A DNA stretch of 63,976 bases, the filler included, from Licmophora abbreviata (taxonomy: Eukaryota): NCBI GenBank assembly GCA_900291995.1. It is 20 parts of 20 records of this genome, joined end to end, with 100 filler letters (N's around TTAATTAATTAA, not from the genome) between each part and the next. Parts side by side here need not be neighbours in the genome. Positions count along the whole stretch, not along the records: positions 30,780 to 34,173 come from OLMU01002330.1; positions 34,274 to 38,208 come from OLMU01002331.1; positions 38,309 to 43,929 come from OLMU01002332.1; 17 more parts are not named here. The stretch is one strand, 5' to 3'. Both the position numbers and the translations under genes were made by a program. Under the pieces are notes generated by a model. That model worked only from the letters and a program-made list of their open reading frames with translations, searched no databases and was not told where the DNA came from. Shown here in pieces: positions 31,360 to 43,075 of the stretch. Position 1 is the stretch's first letter; each line of letters starts with the position of its first letter.

Positions 31360-32124
31360 ATGCTTGATCGGTTGCAGACGTTTTTCATTTTGGCTCAGAC
31401 CCTGCTGCAGCGGCTTGCGATGGTCGTCTTTGTCATCGCGGCTCTGACACTTGGCGCACTCACGCTGCTGGCCGCATTGGGCCATGCACCGTGGCTGGAA
31501 TTTACCGTTCATATCGGCGGCACGCCTTACGATCAGGCCGGGCGCGTGGCGCAGATCGCAATCACCGGGCTGGCGGTGCTGCTCTGTGTCTACCTGCCCT
31601 CCAACTGGCGCATCCTGCGGCTGGAAAGCTCGCACCGGCGATTCGAGATCGGGATGCGCGATGTGGCCCGCGCCTATGCCATGGCCCATGCCGCCGACCG
31701 CGACGGGCTGTTTCGGCTCAGCTCCGAGTTCGACGCCGTGCGCGAACGGCTCGCCTATCTGCGCGATCATCCCGATCTGGGCGCGCTGGAACCCGCCCTG
31801 CTCGAGGTGGCAGCGCAGATGTCGCATATCAGCCGCGAGCTGGCCGAGGTCTATTCCGACGACCGGGTGGCGCGCGCCCGCGCTTTCCTCACCCAACGCC
31901 AGCAAGAGGTCGAGGCGTTCAATGCAAGGCTAGAACAGGCCAAGCAGACCTGCCGCGAATTGAAGCATTGGGCGCATCAGGTCGAGCTGGAGGAAAGCGT
32001 CGCGGTCAGCCAGTTGACCCGCCTGCGCGACGAGCTGCAGGCCATCCTGCCCGAAATGGGGCTCGAGGATACCGTCGGCCCCGATGGCAGGATCGTGGAT
32101 ATCGCCAAGAAGGCCGCCGAATAG
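31360..32124 (+). CDS. Conserved membrane-anchored coiled-coil hypothetical protein upstream of radA
   Basis: Two TM helices, then LESSHRRF...SSEFDAVRERL..LRDHPDL and a coiled-coil region. Confidence 0.75.
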   Translation: MLDRLQTFFILAQTLLQRLAMVVFVIAALTLGALTLLAALGHAPWLEFTVHIGGTPYDQAGRVAQIAITGLAVLLCVYLPSNWRILRLESSHRRFEIGMRDVARAYAMAHAADRDGLFRLSSEFDAVRERLAYLRDHPDLGALEPALLEVAAQMSHISRELAEVYSDDRVARARAFLTQRQQEVEAFNARLEQAKQTCRELKHWAHQVELEESVAVSQLTRLRDELQAILPEMGLEDTVGPDGRIVDIAKKAAE

Positions 32125-32175
32125 CGGCTGCAATAGGGGTTTGACGGCCCCTGCCCCTTGGGGCATGACGGATCC

Positions 32176-32925
32176 ATGGCGAAAACCACCTCCTTTTCCT
32201 GCACGGCTTGCGGCGCGTCCTTTTCCAAGTGGTCGGGGCGCTGCGATGCCTGCGGCGAATGGAACTGCATCGTCGAAGAGGCGCCGCTGTCTACTGGTCC
32301 TGCCTCGAAATCGCTTGGCGCCAAGCGCGGCACGCCGATCACCCTGAGCGATCTTTCCTCAGAGGAGGCGCCGCCGCCGCGCACCGTCTCGGGGCTTGGA
32401 GAGCTCGACCGCGTTCTGGGCGGCGGGCTGGTGCCGGCCAGTGCGATCCTCGTGGGCGGCGATCCCGGCATCGGCAAATCCACACTGCTCTTGCAGGCCG
32501 CCGCGCGCTTTGCGCTGGTAGGGCTCAAGACGATCTATGTCTCGGGCGAAGAGGCCAGCGCCCAAGTGCGGATGCGGGCGCAACGGCTGGGTCTGGCCGA
32601 GGCGCCGGTCAAGCTGGCCGCCGCCACCTCGTTGCGCGACATCCTGACCACGCTCGAGGCCGAGGCGCCGGATCTCGTGATCATCGACTCGATACAGACC
32701 GTCTGGGCCGATCACGTCGACAGCGCCCCCGGCAGCGTCTCACAGGTGCGCGCAGCGGCCCATGAGCTGACCAGCTTCGCCAAGCGCAAGGGCGCGTCGG
32801 TGGTGCTGGTGGGCCATGTCACCAAGGAAGGCCAGATCGCAGGCCCCCGCGTGGTCGAGCATATGGTCGATACGGTGCTCTATTTCGAAGGTGAGCGCGG
32901 CCACCAGTTCCGCATCCTGCGCAGC

Positions 32926-32975
<50 letters not shown>

Positions 32976-33540
32976 GGGCGGCGGTCTGGCCGAGGTGGCC
33001 AACCCCTCCGAGCTGTTCCTGTCCGGGCGCGGCGATCCGGCCCCAGGCTCGGTGGTCTTTGCCGGGATCGAAGGCACTCGCCCCGTGCTGGTCGAGATGC
33101 AGGCGCTTGTCGCCCCCACCCCGCATTCGCAACCCCGCCGCGCGGTCGTGGGCTGGGATGGCGGGCGGCTGGCGATGATCCTCGCGGTGCTCGAGGCGCG
33201 CTGCGGCATCCCGTTTGCCGGGCTCGATGTCTATCTCAACGTCGCGGGCGGCATCAAGATTTCCGAACCCGCCGCCGATCTGGCCGTCGCCGCCGCCCTG
33301 CTGAGCGCGCGCGAGGACACCAGCCTGCCCGCGGAAACGGTGATTTTCGGTGAAATCAGCCTCTCGGGCGCGCTGCGCCCGGTGGGTCAGATGGAAAACA
33401 GGTTGAAAGAAGCGCGAAAACTTGGTTTCACGTCTGCAATCCTGCCATCCGGGGGAAAACCCGGCGGCAGTGGCGGACTTGCGCTTACCCGGATGGGTGA
33501 TCTGACCGCCTTTGTGGGTGAGGTATTCGGCGCAGGGTAA
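32176..33540 (+). CDS. radA: DNA repair protein RadA/Sms
   Basis: C4 zinc finger, GDPGIGKST and KNRFG motifs. Confidence 0.97.
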
Positions 33541-33568
33541 GTGCCGCAAAAGACAGGACGGAAGATAC

Positions 33569-34173
33569 ATGGACGGTTTTACCATCATCGACGGCGTCGT
33601 GGCGCTGGTCATCGTCTTGTCGGCTTTGCTGGCCTATTCGCGCGGCCTTGTCCGCGAGGCACTGGCCATCGCGGGCTGGATCGTCGCGGGCATTCTGGCC
33701 TTCATGTTCGCACCGCAAGTCGAACCGCTGGTCAAGGAAGTCCCCGTGGTGGGCGATTTCATCGCCGACAGCTGCGAATTGTCGATGATCGGTGCCTTCG
33801 CGGTGGTGTTTGCCGTGGCCCTCATCGTGGCCTCGCTCATCACGCCGCTGTTTTCGTCGCTGGTGCAACGCTCAGCGCTTGGCGGGCTGGATCAGGGGCT
33901 TGGCTTTCTCTTCGGTGTGGCGCGCGGCGTGTTGCTGGTGGCCATCGCCTATTTTGTCTATGAGACCGTCATCACCAGCCAAAGCATCGCGATCGTCGAT
34001 GACAGCCGCTCGGCGCGGGTGTTCAGCCAGATGACCGGCAAGATCGAGGATGGCAATCCCGAACGCGCGCTTGGCTGGATCACCCTGCAGTACGAAGAGC
34101 TTGTGGGCGCCTGCGACGCCCCCGCAACCCCGGCCCCCGCCACAGATACCTCGACAACCGCCCCGCCCCGACC
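33569..34173 (+). CDS. cvpA: CvpA family (colicin V production) membrane protein, 3' end in gap
   Basis: SALLAYSRGLVRE and LDQGLGFLFGVARG; lies between radA and purF. Confidence 0.88.
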
Positions 34174-34355
34174 NNNNNNNNNNNNNNNNNNNNNNNNNNN
34201 NNNNNNNNNNNNNNNNNTTAATTAATTAANNNNNNNNNNNNNNNNNNNNNNNNNNNNNNNNNNNNNNNNNNNNGTTTCGTGACAAGTGCGGTCACAGCCC
34301 TTATCTAGAGGGCCAATGCGTGACCGGGATTCGGAGCTGCCCCTTGTCCAAGCAC

Positions 34356-35810
34356 ATGCCTCCCGCCCATCCCTTCGACGACGACAAGCTGAAGGAAGAA
34401 TGCGGAATCTTCGGTGTGATCGGGTTGACCGACGCGTCGAACTTTGTGGCCCTCGGGCTGCATGCCTTGCAACATCGCGGACAGGAAGCAGGCGGGATCG
34501 TCTGCCACCATCCCGACCACGGGTTCAATTCGGCCCGGCGGTTCGGCTATGTGCGCGACAATTTCACCAAGCAATCGCTGATGGAAACCCTGCCCGGCCC
34601 GCTGGCCATCGGGCATGTGCGCTATTCCACCGCCGGCTCCAAGGGTCAGACGCAGATCCGCGACGTGCAGCCCTTCTTCGGCGAGTTTGCCATGGGCGGT
34701 GCGGCGATCGCGCATAACGGCAACATTACCAATGCCGAAGCCCTGCGCCGCGAATTGATCGAGCGCGGCTCGATCTTCCAGTCCAGCTCGGACAGCGAAT
34801 GCATCATCCATCTGATGGCCCGCTCGCTGCAGCGCACCATCCCGGAACGGATGGAAGATGCGCTGCGCCGGGTCGAAGGCGCGTTCTCGGTCGTCGCCAT
34901 GACCCGCACCAAGCTGATCGGGGTGCGCGATCCTCTGGGGGTGCGGCCGCTGGTGCTGGGTCAGCTGGGCGATGGCTGGGTGCTGTCGTCCGAAACCTGC
35001 GCGCTCGACATCATCGGGGCCAAGTTCGTCCGCGAGATCGAGCCCGGTGAAATGGTCGTGATCTCCGATAGCGGCGTCGACAGCCGGTTCCCCTTCCGCC
35101 CGCAGAAATCGCGCTTCTGCATTTTCGAGCATGTGTATTTCTCGCGCCCCGATTCGATCATCGGCGGGCGCTCGGTCTATGAGACGCGCTGCCAGATCGG
35201 TGTGGAACTGGCCAAGGAAAGCCCGGTAGACGCCGATCTGGTCTGCCCCGTTCCCGACAGCGGCACGCCCGCCGCCATCGGCTTCAGCCAGCAATCGGGC
35301 ATTCCCTATGCGATGGGGATCATCCGCAACCAGTATATGGGCCGGACCTTTATCGAACCCACCGAACAGATCCGCAACATGGGTGTGCGGCTTAAGCTGA
35401 ACGTGAACCGCGCCCTGATCCAAGGCAAGCGCGTGATCCTCGTGGATGACAGCGTGGTGCGCGGCACCACCAGCCGCAAGATCAAGGAGATGATCCTCGA
35501 TGCCGGCGCCGCCGAGGTGCATTTCCGCATCGCCTCGCCGCCGACCGCATGGCCCTGTTTTTACGGCGTGGACACGCCGCAGCGTGAAAAGCTGTTGGCC
35601 GCCACCATGTCCGAAGAGGAAATGCGCCAACATCTTCAGGTCGACAGCCTCAAGTTCATCTCGCTCGACGGTCTGTACCGCGCCGTGGGCGAGGCTTCGG
35701 GGCGCAACAAGTCTTGCCCGCAATATTGCGATGCCTGTTTCTCGGGGGATTACCCCGTGGCCCCGTCGGACCAGATCAAGAACGGGTTCGAGTTGAAGGC
35801 CGCGGAATAA
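34356..35810 (+). CDS. purF: Amidophosphoribosyltransferase
   Basis: EECGIFG, LQHRGQE, GHVRYST and VDDSVVRGTTS. Confidence 0.97.
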   Translation: MPPAHPFDDDKLKEECGIFGVIGLTDASNFVALGLHALQHRGQEAGGIVCHHPDHGFNSARRFGYVRDNFTKQSLMETLPGPLAIGHVRYSTAGSKGQTQIRDVQPFFGEFAMGGAAIAHNGNITNAEALRRELIERGSIFQSSSDSECIIHLMARSLQRTIPERMEDALRRVEGAFSVVAMTRTKLIGVRDPLGVRPLVLGQLGDGWVLSSETCALDIIGAKFVREIEPGEMVVISDSGVDSRFPFRPQKSRFCIFEHVYFSRPDSIIGGRSVYETRCQIGVELAKESPVDADLVCPVPDSGTPAAIGFSQQSGIPYAMGIIRNQYMGRTFIEPTEQIRNMGVRLKLNVNRALIQGKRVILVDDSVVRGTTSRKIKEMILDAGAAEVHFRIASPPTAWPCFYGVDTPQREKLLAATMSEEEMRQHLQVDSLKFISLDGLYRAVGEASGRNKSCPQYCDACFSGDYPVAPSDQIKNGFELKAAE

Positions 35811-35885
35811 GCCGATGGCGCCCTTTGCGGCCCCGGTTCCCGGTTTGCACTTGACCTCGGGCCGATTTGTGACAAACCCCGTGCC

Positions 35886-36644
35886 ATGACAGAGCAGATC
35901 GCCCTTATCACCGGCGCGTCGCGCGGCCTTGGCTTCGCCATGGCCGAGGCGCTGGCCGACAGCTATCACATCGTCGCCGTCGGGCGCACCACCGGTGCGC
36001 TCGAAGAGCTGGATGACCGCATTCAGGCCAAGGGCGGCTCGGCCACCCTCGCGCCGATGGATATCACCAAGACCGATGCCATGCGCCAGCTCTGCCGCTC
36101 GATCCATGACCGATGGGGCAGCGTGGCACTTTGGGTGCATACGGCGGTTTACGCCTCGCCGATGATGCCTGCAGCGCATCTCGACGAAAAGGACTGGGCG
36201 AAATCGGTCGATGTCAACGTGACCGCGACGGGCCAGCTCATCCCCTTCATCGCGCCGCTTCTGGGCACCACCGGGCAGGCCGTGTTCTTCGAGGATGACC
36301 GCGCCGGGCAGAAATTCTTCGGCCCTTACGGCGCCACCAAGGCCGCGCAGATCGCGCTCGCGCGCAGCTGGGCCGCCGAAACGGTGCGCACCGGACCGCA
36401 GGTGCATGTGCTCCAGCCCGCGCCGATGTCCACCGCCGTGCGCGCCCGCTTCTTCCCCGGCGAGGATCGCGCGCCGCTGGCCTCGGCCACCGATGAGGCG
36501 CATCGCCTGCTGGCTGCGCTGCGCGGCTGGCACACCTGCCCGACGCGACTTTCGCAAACGCTTGCCGCAGGCAAGGCCCCCGGATACACAGGGTCCGACA
36601 GGGCAACAAGGGGCAGATGTTTTGCGCATTCTCATCACCAATGA
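35886..36644 (+). CDS. Short-chain dehydrogenase/reductase (YciK-like); C-terminus possibly over-extended
   Basis: ITGASRGLG and YGATKAA motifs. Confidence 0.85.
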   Translation: MTEQIALITGASRGLGFAMAEALADSYHIVAVGRTTGALEELDDRIQAKGGSATLAPMDITKTDAMRQLCRSIHDRWGSVALWVHTAVYASPMMPAAHLDEKDWAKSVDVNVTATGQLIPFIAPLLGTTGQAVFFEDDRAGQKFFGPYGATKAAQIALARSWAAETVRTGPQVHVLQPAPMSTAVRARFFPGEDRAPLASATDEAHRLLAALRGWHTCPTRLSQTLAAGKAPGYTGSDRATRGRCFAHSHHQ

Positions 36645-37404
36645 CGACGGAATCAACGCACCCGGCCTGAAGGTGCTCGACGAGATCGCGACAGACCTTG
36701 CCGGACCCGATGGCGAGGTCTGGACCGTCGCGCCTGCCTTCGAGCAATCGGGCGTGGGCCATGCGATTTCCTATACCCGTCCGATGATGATCTCGCAGAT
36801 GGACGAGCGCCGCTTCGCCGCCGAAGGCAGCCCCGCCGACTGCGTGCTGGCAGCCCTGCATGACGTAATGGCCGACAAGCGCCCCGATCTGGTGCTCTCG
36901 GGCGTCAATCGCGGCAACAACTCGGCCGAGAACGCGCTCTATTCCGGCACGATCGGCGGCGCGATGGAAGCGGCCCTGCAAGGCGTGCGCGCCGTGGCGC
37001 TGAGCCAGTATTACGGCCCCGCCATCAAGGACGCCCCCGACCCGTTCGAAGCCTCACGGGTGCATGGGCTTTCGACGATGCGCGCCCTTCTCGAGCGCGG
37101 CGTCTGGACCGAAGATGATTACGGCATCTTCTACAACATCAATTTCCCGCCCGTCGCCGCCGCCGATGTGAAGGGCCTGCGCGCCTGTCCGCAAGGCTTC
37201 CGGCGGGACATGGGCTTTGGCGTGCAGCCGGTGCATTCGCCCTCGGGGCGGCGCTTCTTGTGGGTCACCGGCGCGCCCCAGCAGCAGCCCACCAGCCCCG
37301 GCACCGATGCCGATCTGAACCTCAAGGGGTATATCTCGGTCACGCCGATGCGCGCGGACCTCACCGCCCATGACGCATTGGAGGCGCTCAAAGCCATCGA
37401 ATGA
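36622..37404 (+). CDS. surE: 5'/3'-nucleotidase SurE (TTG start)
   Basis: [18 protein letters not shown] and YSGT. Confidence 0.95.
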   Translation: MRILITNDDGINAPGLKVLDEIATDLAGPDGEVWTVAPAFEQSGVGHAISYTRPMMISQMDERRFAAEGSPADCVLAALHDVMADKRPDLVLSGVNRGNNSAENALYSGTIGGAMEAALQGVRAVALSQYYGPAIKDAPDPFEASRVHGLSTMRALLERGVWTEDDYGIFYNINFPPVAAADVKGLRACPQGFRRDMGFGVQPVHSPSGRRFLWVTGAPQQQPTSPGTDADLNLKGYISVTPMRADLTAHDALEALKAIE

Positions 37405-38057
37405 CCGAGGACGCCACCGATATCGCCGAACGCAAGATGCAGTTCCTCTTCGCGCTGCGCTCCAAGGGCGTGACGGATATGCGTGTGCTCAACGCGATGG
37501 AAAAGATCGACCGCGGCCCGTTCATCCGCGGCTATTTCGCCCATCGCGCCTATGAGGACATGCCGCTGCCGATCGCCTGCGGGCAGACGATCAGCCAGCC
37601 CTCGGTCGTCGGGCTGATGACCCAAGCCCTCAAGATCAGCGCGCGCGACAAGGTGCTCGAGGTGGGCACCGGCTCAGGCTATCAGGCCGCGATCCTCAGC
37701 CAGTTGGCGCGGCGGGTCTATACCGTGGACCGCCACAAGCGGCTGGTGGCCGAGGCCTCCGAGATCTTTCGCGAGCTGGACCTCACCAATATCACCGCCG
37801 TCACCGGCGATGGCAGCTTCGGTTTGCCCGATCAGGCGCCGTTCGACCGCATTCTGGTCACCGCCGCCGCCGAAGACCCGCCCGGCCCGCTCTTGGCGCA
37901 AATGAAAATCGGCGGTATCATGGTGCTACCGGTTGGTCAGTCTGACACGGTGCAAAGCCTGATCCGTGTCACCCGGCACGAGAACGGCTTCGACTATGAC
38001 GAACTGCGCCCGGTGCGTTTCGTGCCACTGGTCGAAGGGCTGGGGCGCGACAATTGA
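37401..38057 (+). CDS. pcm: Protein-L-isoaspartate O-methyltransferase
   Basis: [17 protein letters not shown] and [12 protein letters not shown]. Confidence 0.95.
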   Translation: MTEDATDIAERKMQFLFALRSKGVTDMRVLNAMEKIDRGPFIRGYFAHRAYEDMPLPIACGQTISQPSVVGLMTQALKISARDKVLEVGTGSGYQAAILSQLARRVYTVDRHKRLVAEASEIFRELDLTNITAVTGDGSFGLPDQAPFDRILVTAAAEDPPGPLLAQMKIGGIMVLPVGQSDTVQSLIRVTRHENGFDYDELRPVRFVPLVEGLGRDN

Positions 38058-38121
38058 CGACGACACGAGTTTCATGACGCAGCCCCGGACAACAGGGGCG
38101 CATACCGAGGACCTGATCGAG

Positions 38122-38950
38122 ATGACCAAATCCCTCCGCTCTGCGCCATTTCTGGCGGGCACCGCGTTTCTGGCTCTGGCCGCCTGTGGCGACCAACCCC
38201 TGGACTTCNNNNNNNNNNNNNNNNNNNNNNNNNNNNNNNNNNNNNNNNNNNNTTAATTAATTAANNNNNNNNNNNNNNNNNNNNNNNNNNNNNNNNNNNN
38301 NNNNNNNNTATACCATCGCGCGGCTTTATGACGTGTCGGTGCGCAGCCTTGCGGACTGGAACGGGCTTGGCCCCGATTTCTCGGTGCGCGAAGGACAATA
38401 CCTGCTGATCCCGGTAACGCTGCGCGAAAGCCGCGCGACCGAGGCGGACGCGCCCCCCCCGCCTCCCGGCGCAGGCTCGCCCACGCCCGAGCCGCCCTCG
38501 GCCTCGCGCCCGCTGCCACGCGAAACCACCGTGCCCGTCGCACAGCCGGTCGAGAACAAGGCCCCCGATCTTGGTGCCAGCCAGACCGCCAGCGCCAGCT
38601 CCTCCCGGATGAGCTTTCCGGTGCGTGGCAACATCATCCGCGATTACGTCAAGGACGAATATGACGGCATCAGCATCGCCGCCAGCCCCGGCACGCCCGT
38701 CGGCGCCGCCGCCAGCGGCGTCGTGGCCGCGATCACCGAAGACACCAACGGCATCCCGATCATCGTGGTCAAGCATCCCGACAACCTGCTGACCGTCTAT
38801 TCCAATATCAGCGGGGTCGTGGTGAAAAAGGGCGACCAGGTCAGTCGCGGCCAGAAACTGGCCGAGATCCGCAGAGACGGCACCGCGGCGCTGCATTTCG
38901 AGGTGCGCGACGGGTTCGACAGCGTGGATCCCACGGATTTCCTGGGCTGA
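38122..38950 (+). CDS. LysM/M23 peptidase lipoprotein (NlpD/DipM-like), interrupted by gap 38209-38308
   Basis: Lipobox LAAC; LysM-like IARLYDVSVRSLADWNGL; C-terminal M23 LHFEVR..VDP. surE-pcm-nlpD synteny. Confidence 0.85.
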
Positions 38951-38973
38951 TCGCGGATGCCGGGCGGCGTATT

Positions 38974-39018
38974 GGGGGCCCTGCCCCCAAACCCCCGGGA
39001 TATTTGAGGCCAGAAGAA
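38974..39018 (+). repeat. Palindromic intergenic repeat, family A, short form
   Basis: GGGGGCCCTGCCCCCAAACCCCCGGGATATTTGAGGCCAGAAGAA between convergent genes. Confidence 0.85.
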
Positions 39019-39031
39019 GCCGCAGCCCCCG

Positions 39032-39868
39032 TCAGAGAGCGACGCCGCGCCGGCCTGCAAGATCGGTGAAATATTGCCAGGCGACGCGCCCCGAGCGCGC
39101 CCCGCGCGTGGCCTGCCATTCGATCGCCTCGGCGCGCAGGGTGGCGTCGTCGATCTCGATCCCGTAGGCGTCGCAATAGCCGCGGATCATTTCCAGATAT
39201 TCGTCCTGACCGCAGGGGTGGAAGCCCAGCCACAGGCCAAAGCGGTCGGAGAGCGAGATCTTTTCCTCGGCCGCCTCGGAGGGGTTGATCGCCGAGGAGC
39301 GTTCGTTCTCGATCATGTCGCGCGGCATCAGGTGACGCCTGTTCGAGGTGGCGTAGAACACCACATTGTCGGGCCGGCCTTCGATGCCGCCATCCAGAAC
39401 CGCCTTGAGCGATTTGTAATGCTGGTCATCATGGCTGAACGACAGGTCATCGCAAAACAGGATGAAGCGCGCGCGGCTTGCGCGCAGATGGTTGAGCAGG
39501 CGGCTGACCGTGGGCAGGTCTTCGCGCTGCAATTCGACGATTTTCAGAGGATGGCCTTCGGCCCGCAGGGCGGCATGCACGGCCTTGACGAGGCTCGATT
39601 TACCCATGCCGCGCGCGCCCCACAAAAGCGCATTATTGGCCGGCAGGCCGCGCGCGAAGTGGCGGGTGTTGTCCAGCAGCGTGTCGCGCGAGCGGTCGAT
39701 GCCCACCAGCAGGTCCATCTCGACGCGGGCGACATGCGGCACCGGTTCGAGCCGGTCCGGCTCCACATGCCACACGAAGGCGTCGGCTGCATCGAAATCG
39801 GGGGCGCTCAGCGGCGCGGGCGCCATACGCTCCAGCGCCGCCGCGATACGGTCCAGCGGATCGCTCAC
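39032..39868 (-). CDS. DUF815-family AAA+ ATPase
   Basis: ANNALLWGARGMGKSSL, FCDDLSF, YATSNRRHL and RSGRVAWQ. GTG start overlaps the tatC stop. Confidence 0.88.
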   Translation of the reverse strand: MSDPLDRIAAALERMAPAPLSAPDFDAADAFVWHVEPDRLEPVPHVARVEMDLLVGIDRSRDTLLDNTRHFARGLPANNALLWGARGMGKSSLVKAVHAALRAEGHPLKIVELQREDLPTVSRLLNHLRASRARFILFCDDLSFSHDDQHYKSLKAVLDGGIEGRPDNVVFYATSNRRHLMPRDMIENERSSAINPSEAAEEKISLSDRFGLWLGFHPCGQDEYLEMIRGYCDAYGIEIDDATLRAEAIEWQATRGARSGRVAWQYFTDLAGRRGVAL

Positions 39869-40881
39869 TTGGGTTTGTCCTCGTCTTTTCCGCCCGTGTC
39901 CTTGGCGTCCGTGTCCTTGCCGTCCGCGTCGCGGTCGAAGGCCTCGAGCAGCGGATCGTCGTCGAACGCCTCTTCGCCGTAAGGATCGCGGGCGGCATCG
40001 GGGCGGTCGCTGCGCGTCTCGTCCGCGGCATCCTCTTCGTCCTCGTCCTCGTCGAACCACAGCCCTTCGGCGCGCAGCTTTGCCTCGCGCTTGGCCTCGA
40101 CACGGCGCACGAGGAAGATCGAGATCTCGTAAAGCCCGTAGACCACCACGAAGAGGATGATCTGGGTGATCACGTCAGGCGGTGTCACCAGTGCTGCCAG
40201 CAAGAGGATGCCCACCACCGCGTATTTGCGCACATTGCCCAGGCCTTCGGCGCTGACCAGCCCGGCCTTGCCCATCAGCGTCAGGAGCACCGGCAGCTGG
40301 AAACACAGCCCGAAGGCCACGATGAACTTGATCGTGAGGTTCAGATATTCCTGCGCCGAGCCCTGGAACACCACGCTGAGCGGTGCCGCGGTCTGCGGAT
40401 CGCCCGGCAGCGCCTCGCCGCCCGAGCCGAATTGCTGGAAGCCGAGGAAGAAGTCATAGGCCAGCGGCGTCACGACATAAAAGGCAAAGGACGCGCCCAG
40501 AAAGAACATGAAGGGCGAGGCCACCAGAAACGGCAGGAACGCGCCTTTTTCGGATTTGTAGAGCCCCGGCGCCACGAAACGCCACATCTGATTGGCGATG
40601 AACGGAAAGGCCAGGATGAAGCCGCCGAGAAGCGACACCTTGATCGCAACGAAGAAGCCTTCCTGCGGGCTGATGAAGATCAGGTCGCAATCCTGTCCGC
40701 GGCTGGCCAGTACCGAGCAAAGCGGATCGGTCAGGAAGTTGAAGATCGGCGTGGCCACCGTGAAGCAGATGATCATGCCGATGAGGAAAGCCACCACCGA
40801 TTTGATCAGGCGGTTGCGCAACTCGGCCAAGTGTTCGATCAGCGGGGCGGAGCTGTCTTCGATGTCGTCGCTGGGGCTCAT
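39865..40881 (-). CDS. tatC: Twin-arginine translocase TatC
   Basis: [27 protein letters not shown] and TPPD. Confidence 0.96.
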   Translation of the reverse strand: MSPSDDIEDSSAPLIEHLAELRNRLIKSVVAFLIGMIICFTVATPIFNFLTDPLCSVLASRGQDCDLIFISPQEGFFVAIKVSLLGGFILAFPFIANQMWRFVAPGLYKSEKGAFLPFLVASPFMFFLGASFAFYVVTPLAYDFFLGFQQFGSGGEALPGDPQTAAPLSVVFQGSAQEYLNLTIKFIVAFGLCFQLPVLLTLMGKAGLVSAEGLGNVRKYAVVGILLLAALVTPPDVITQIILFVVVYGLYEISIFLVRRVEAKREAKLRAEGLWFDEDEDEEDAADETRSDRPDAARDPYGEEAFDDDPLLEAFDRDADGKDTDAKDTGGKDEDKPK

Positions 40882-41492
40882 GCCTTGTCCTCGGAGGATG
40901 AGCCGGCGGGCTGATCCTTGGCGGCCTTGGTGCTCTTGGTGGTCTTGGTGGTCTTGGTTGCCGGTTTGGCTGTCTTGGTTGCCGCTTTAGCAGTCGTCGT
41001 CGCGGGTTTGGCCGCCGGTTTCGCCGCTGTCTTGGGGGCGGCGGGCTGCGCCGGTGCTTTGGGCGCATCGCTGGCGGCCTCGGCATCGGCCCGGGCCTGC
41101 GCTTCCTTGGCGAGACGCGCCTCGGCGACTTCGGCGGATTTCTGGCGGATCTTGTCGGCCTGGGCCTGACGCTCTTCGCTCAGGCGGCTTTTCTTGGGAC
41201 CGGCCATCGTGTCTTGCGTGAAGCTGTCGGTCGCTTCCTTGGCCGTTTTCTTGACCTCGTCCATGGCGCTGCCAATGGGGTTGGACGCTTTCTTGAAGGT
41301 GTTCGACACATCCCGCACCCCGGCCTCATCGGCGGCGTCGTTCATGGCCTTGCTGAAATCGCGGGCCATCCCCTTGGCCTTGCCCACGAAATTTCCCACC
41401 GTCCGGAACATGCCCGGAAGGTCCTTGGGGCCGACGACGATCAGCGCGACAACGCCGATCACCAGCAGCTCGGTCCAGCCCAGGTCGAACAT
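40878..41492 (-). CDS. tatB: Twin-arginine translocase TatB
   Basis: [26 protein letters not shown]. Confidence 0.95.
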   Translation of the reverse strand: MFDLGWTELLVIGVVALIVVGPKDLPGMFRTVGNFVGKAKGMARDFSKAMNDAADEAGVRDVSNTFKKASNPIGSAMDEVKKTAKEATDSFTQDTMAGPKKSRLSEERQAQADKIRQKSAEVAEARLAKEAQARADAEAASDAPKAPAQPAAPKTAAKPAAKPATTTAKAATKTAKPATKTTKTTKSTKAAKDQPAGSSSEDKA

Positions 41493-41499
41493 CTAGGTG

Positions 41500-41724
41500 T
41501 CAGACCTTGTCTTTTTCGTCGTTCGGCGTCACGTCCTTGGCGGTTTCCGAGGCGTCATCCTTGCCATCCTCGAGCTCCTTGGTGCCCTCAGCCACGCCCT
41601 TCTTGAACGAGGTGATGCCCTTGCCCACTTCGCCCATCAGCGACGAGATCTTGCCGCGCCCGAAAAGCACCAGCACGACGACGGCGATCAGAAGAAGGCC
41701 CGGAAGGCCGATATTGTTCAGCAT
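41500..41724 (-). CDS. tatA: Twin-arginine translocase TatA/E
   Basis: [27 protein letters not shown]. Confidence 0.95.
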   Translation of the reverse strand: MLNNIGLPGLLLIAVVVLVLFGRGKISSLMGEVGKGITSFKKGVAEGTKELEDGKDDASETAKDVTPNDEKDKV

Positions 41725-41868
41725 GTCTCAATCTCCCAATGTCGGGGGTCGTTTCTGTGCGTCCCCGGGAATTTCGTCAACCGTATCTAAGCCTTCACGG
41801 CGGCACTTGGAAGGACGAAAAAAGCCCGACGGCCAACAAATCGGCAAAAAACCACTCTGGTGGCGCGA

Positions 41869-42960
41869 TCAGGCGCGCTTGCCCACCGGAAAGACAAAGC
41901 AACGATCGCGCCGGATCATCAGCCACAAGGGCTTGCCGGGACCGGGCAGGAACACGTTTGGCACTGTGGCGCGCAGAATCGAGCCGTCGTGATCCATGCG
42001 GAATTCCACAAGGCTTTCGCTGCCCATGAAGCGGGCGCGCTGCACGATGCCGCGCGCGGCGGTGCCCATTTCGATCGTGGGATCGGGGCCGCGACCGGCG
42101 CGGTCGAAGTCGATCTTGATGTGCTGGGGGCGGATCACGATCTCGACCTCGTTGCCCTCATGCACCCCCGGCGCAAGGAACTGGCCAAAGGCGGTCTGCA
42201 CAAGCGATCCCTGAACCCGGCCGCGTATGCTGTTGATATCGCTGAAGAAGGCCACCGCGTCGCGATCCACCGGCGCGTTGTAGATGTTGTAGGGCGCGCC
42301 TTGCTGCACGATCCGGCCATTGCGCATCAGCGCGATCTCGTCGGCCATGCGCATCGCCTCTTCGGGCTCGTGGGTGACCAGCAGCACGGCGGTTTCCTGT
42401 TCGCGCAAGATATCCAGCGTCTCGTCGCGGATGCCATCGCGCAGCCGGTTGTCCAGCCCGGAAAACGGCTCGTCCATCAGCATGATCGACGGGCGCGGCG
42501 CCAGCGCACGCGCGAGCGCCACGCGCTGTTGTTCACCGCCCGACAGCTCGTGGGGGTATTTGTCGCCATAGCGCCCCAGCCCCACCCGACTCAGAAGCTG
42601 ATCGACCCGGGCGCCCACCTCGGCCTTGTCGCCCGACAGGCCGAACGCCACGTTGGCCCCCACCGTCAGATGCGGAAACAGCGCGAAATCCTGAAACATC
42701 AGCCCGATATGGCGCCGTTCGGGCGGCACGCGGAACTTGCGGTCGCAGACCAGCGATCCATCCACCCAGATCTCGCCCTCGTCCTGCATCTCGACCCCGG
42801 CGATCATCCGCAAGGTGGTGGACTTGCCACAGCCCGACGGCCCCAAGAGGCAGGTCACCTGCCCCGGCAGCACCTTGAGCGAAACATCGTCGACAACCCG
42901 CCGCCCATCATAAAGCCGCACGAGATTCTTGATTTCCAGACGCGGAGTTGCTGACTGCAC
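41869..42960 (-). CDS. ABC transporter ATP-binding protein (FbpC/PotA-like)
   Basis: GPSGCGKST, FQDFALFPH and LSGGEQQRVALARA; TOBE-like tail. Confidence 0.9.
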   Translation of the reverse strand: MQSATPRLEIKNLVRLYDGRRVVDDVSLKVLPGQVTCLLGPSGCGKSTTLRMIAGVEMQDEGEIWVDGSLVCDRKFRVPPERRHIGLMFQDFALFPHLTVGANVAFGLSGDKAEVGARVDQLLSRVGLGRYGDKYPHELSGGEQQRVALARALAPRPSIMLMDEPFSGLDNRLRDGIRDETLDILREQETAVLLVTHEPEEAMRMADEIALMRNGRIVQQGAPYNIYNAPVDRDAVAFFSDINSIRGRVQGSLVQTAFGQFLAPGVHEGNEVEIVIRPQHIKIDFDRAGRGPDPTIEMGTAARGIVQRARFMGSESLVEFRMDHDGSILRATVPNVFLPGPGKPLWLMIRRDRCFVFPVGKRA

Positions 42961-43075
42961 CTTGGCCTCATGTCTTCCCGATCAATTTGATCGGATTTAT
43001 CCATCCGGCAGATAGCAACCCTTGCGCGGGGGCGCAAGACGGCACGCGCCTCCCTATGCGCCTCCGGGGCAGGTC

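Noticed and set aside
10153..39018. Family-A repeats as a CRISPR array or tRNA
   Set aside because: Dispersed single copies without spacers; no cas genes and no cloverleaf.
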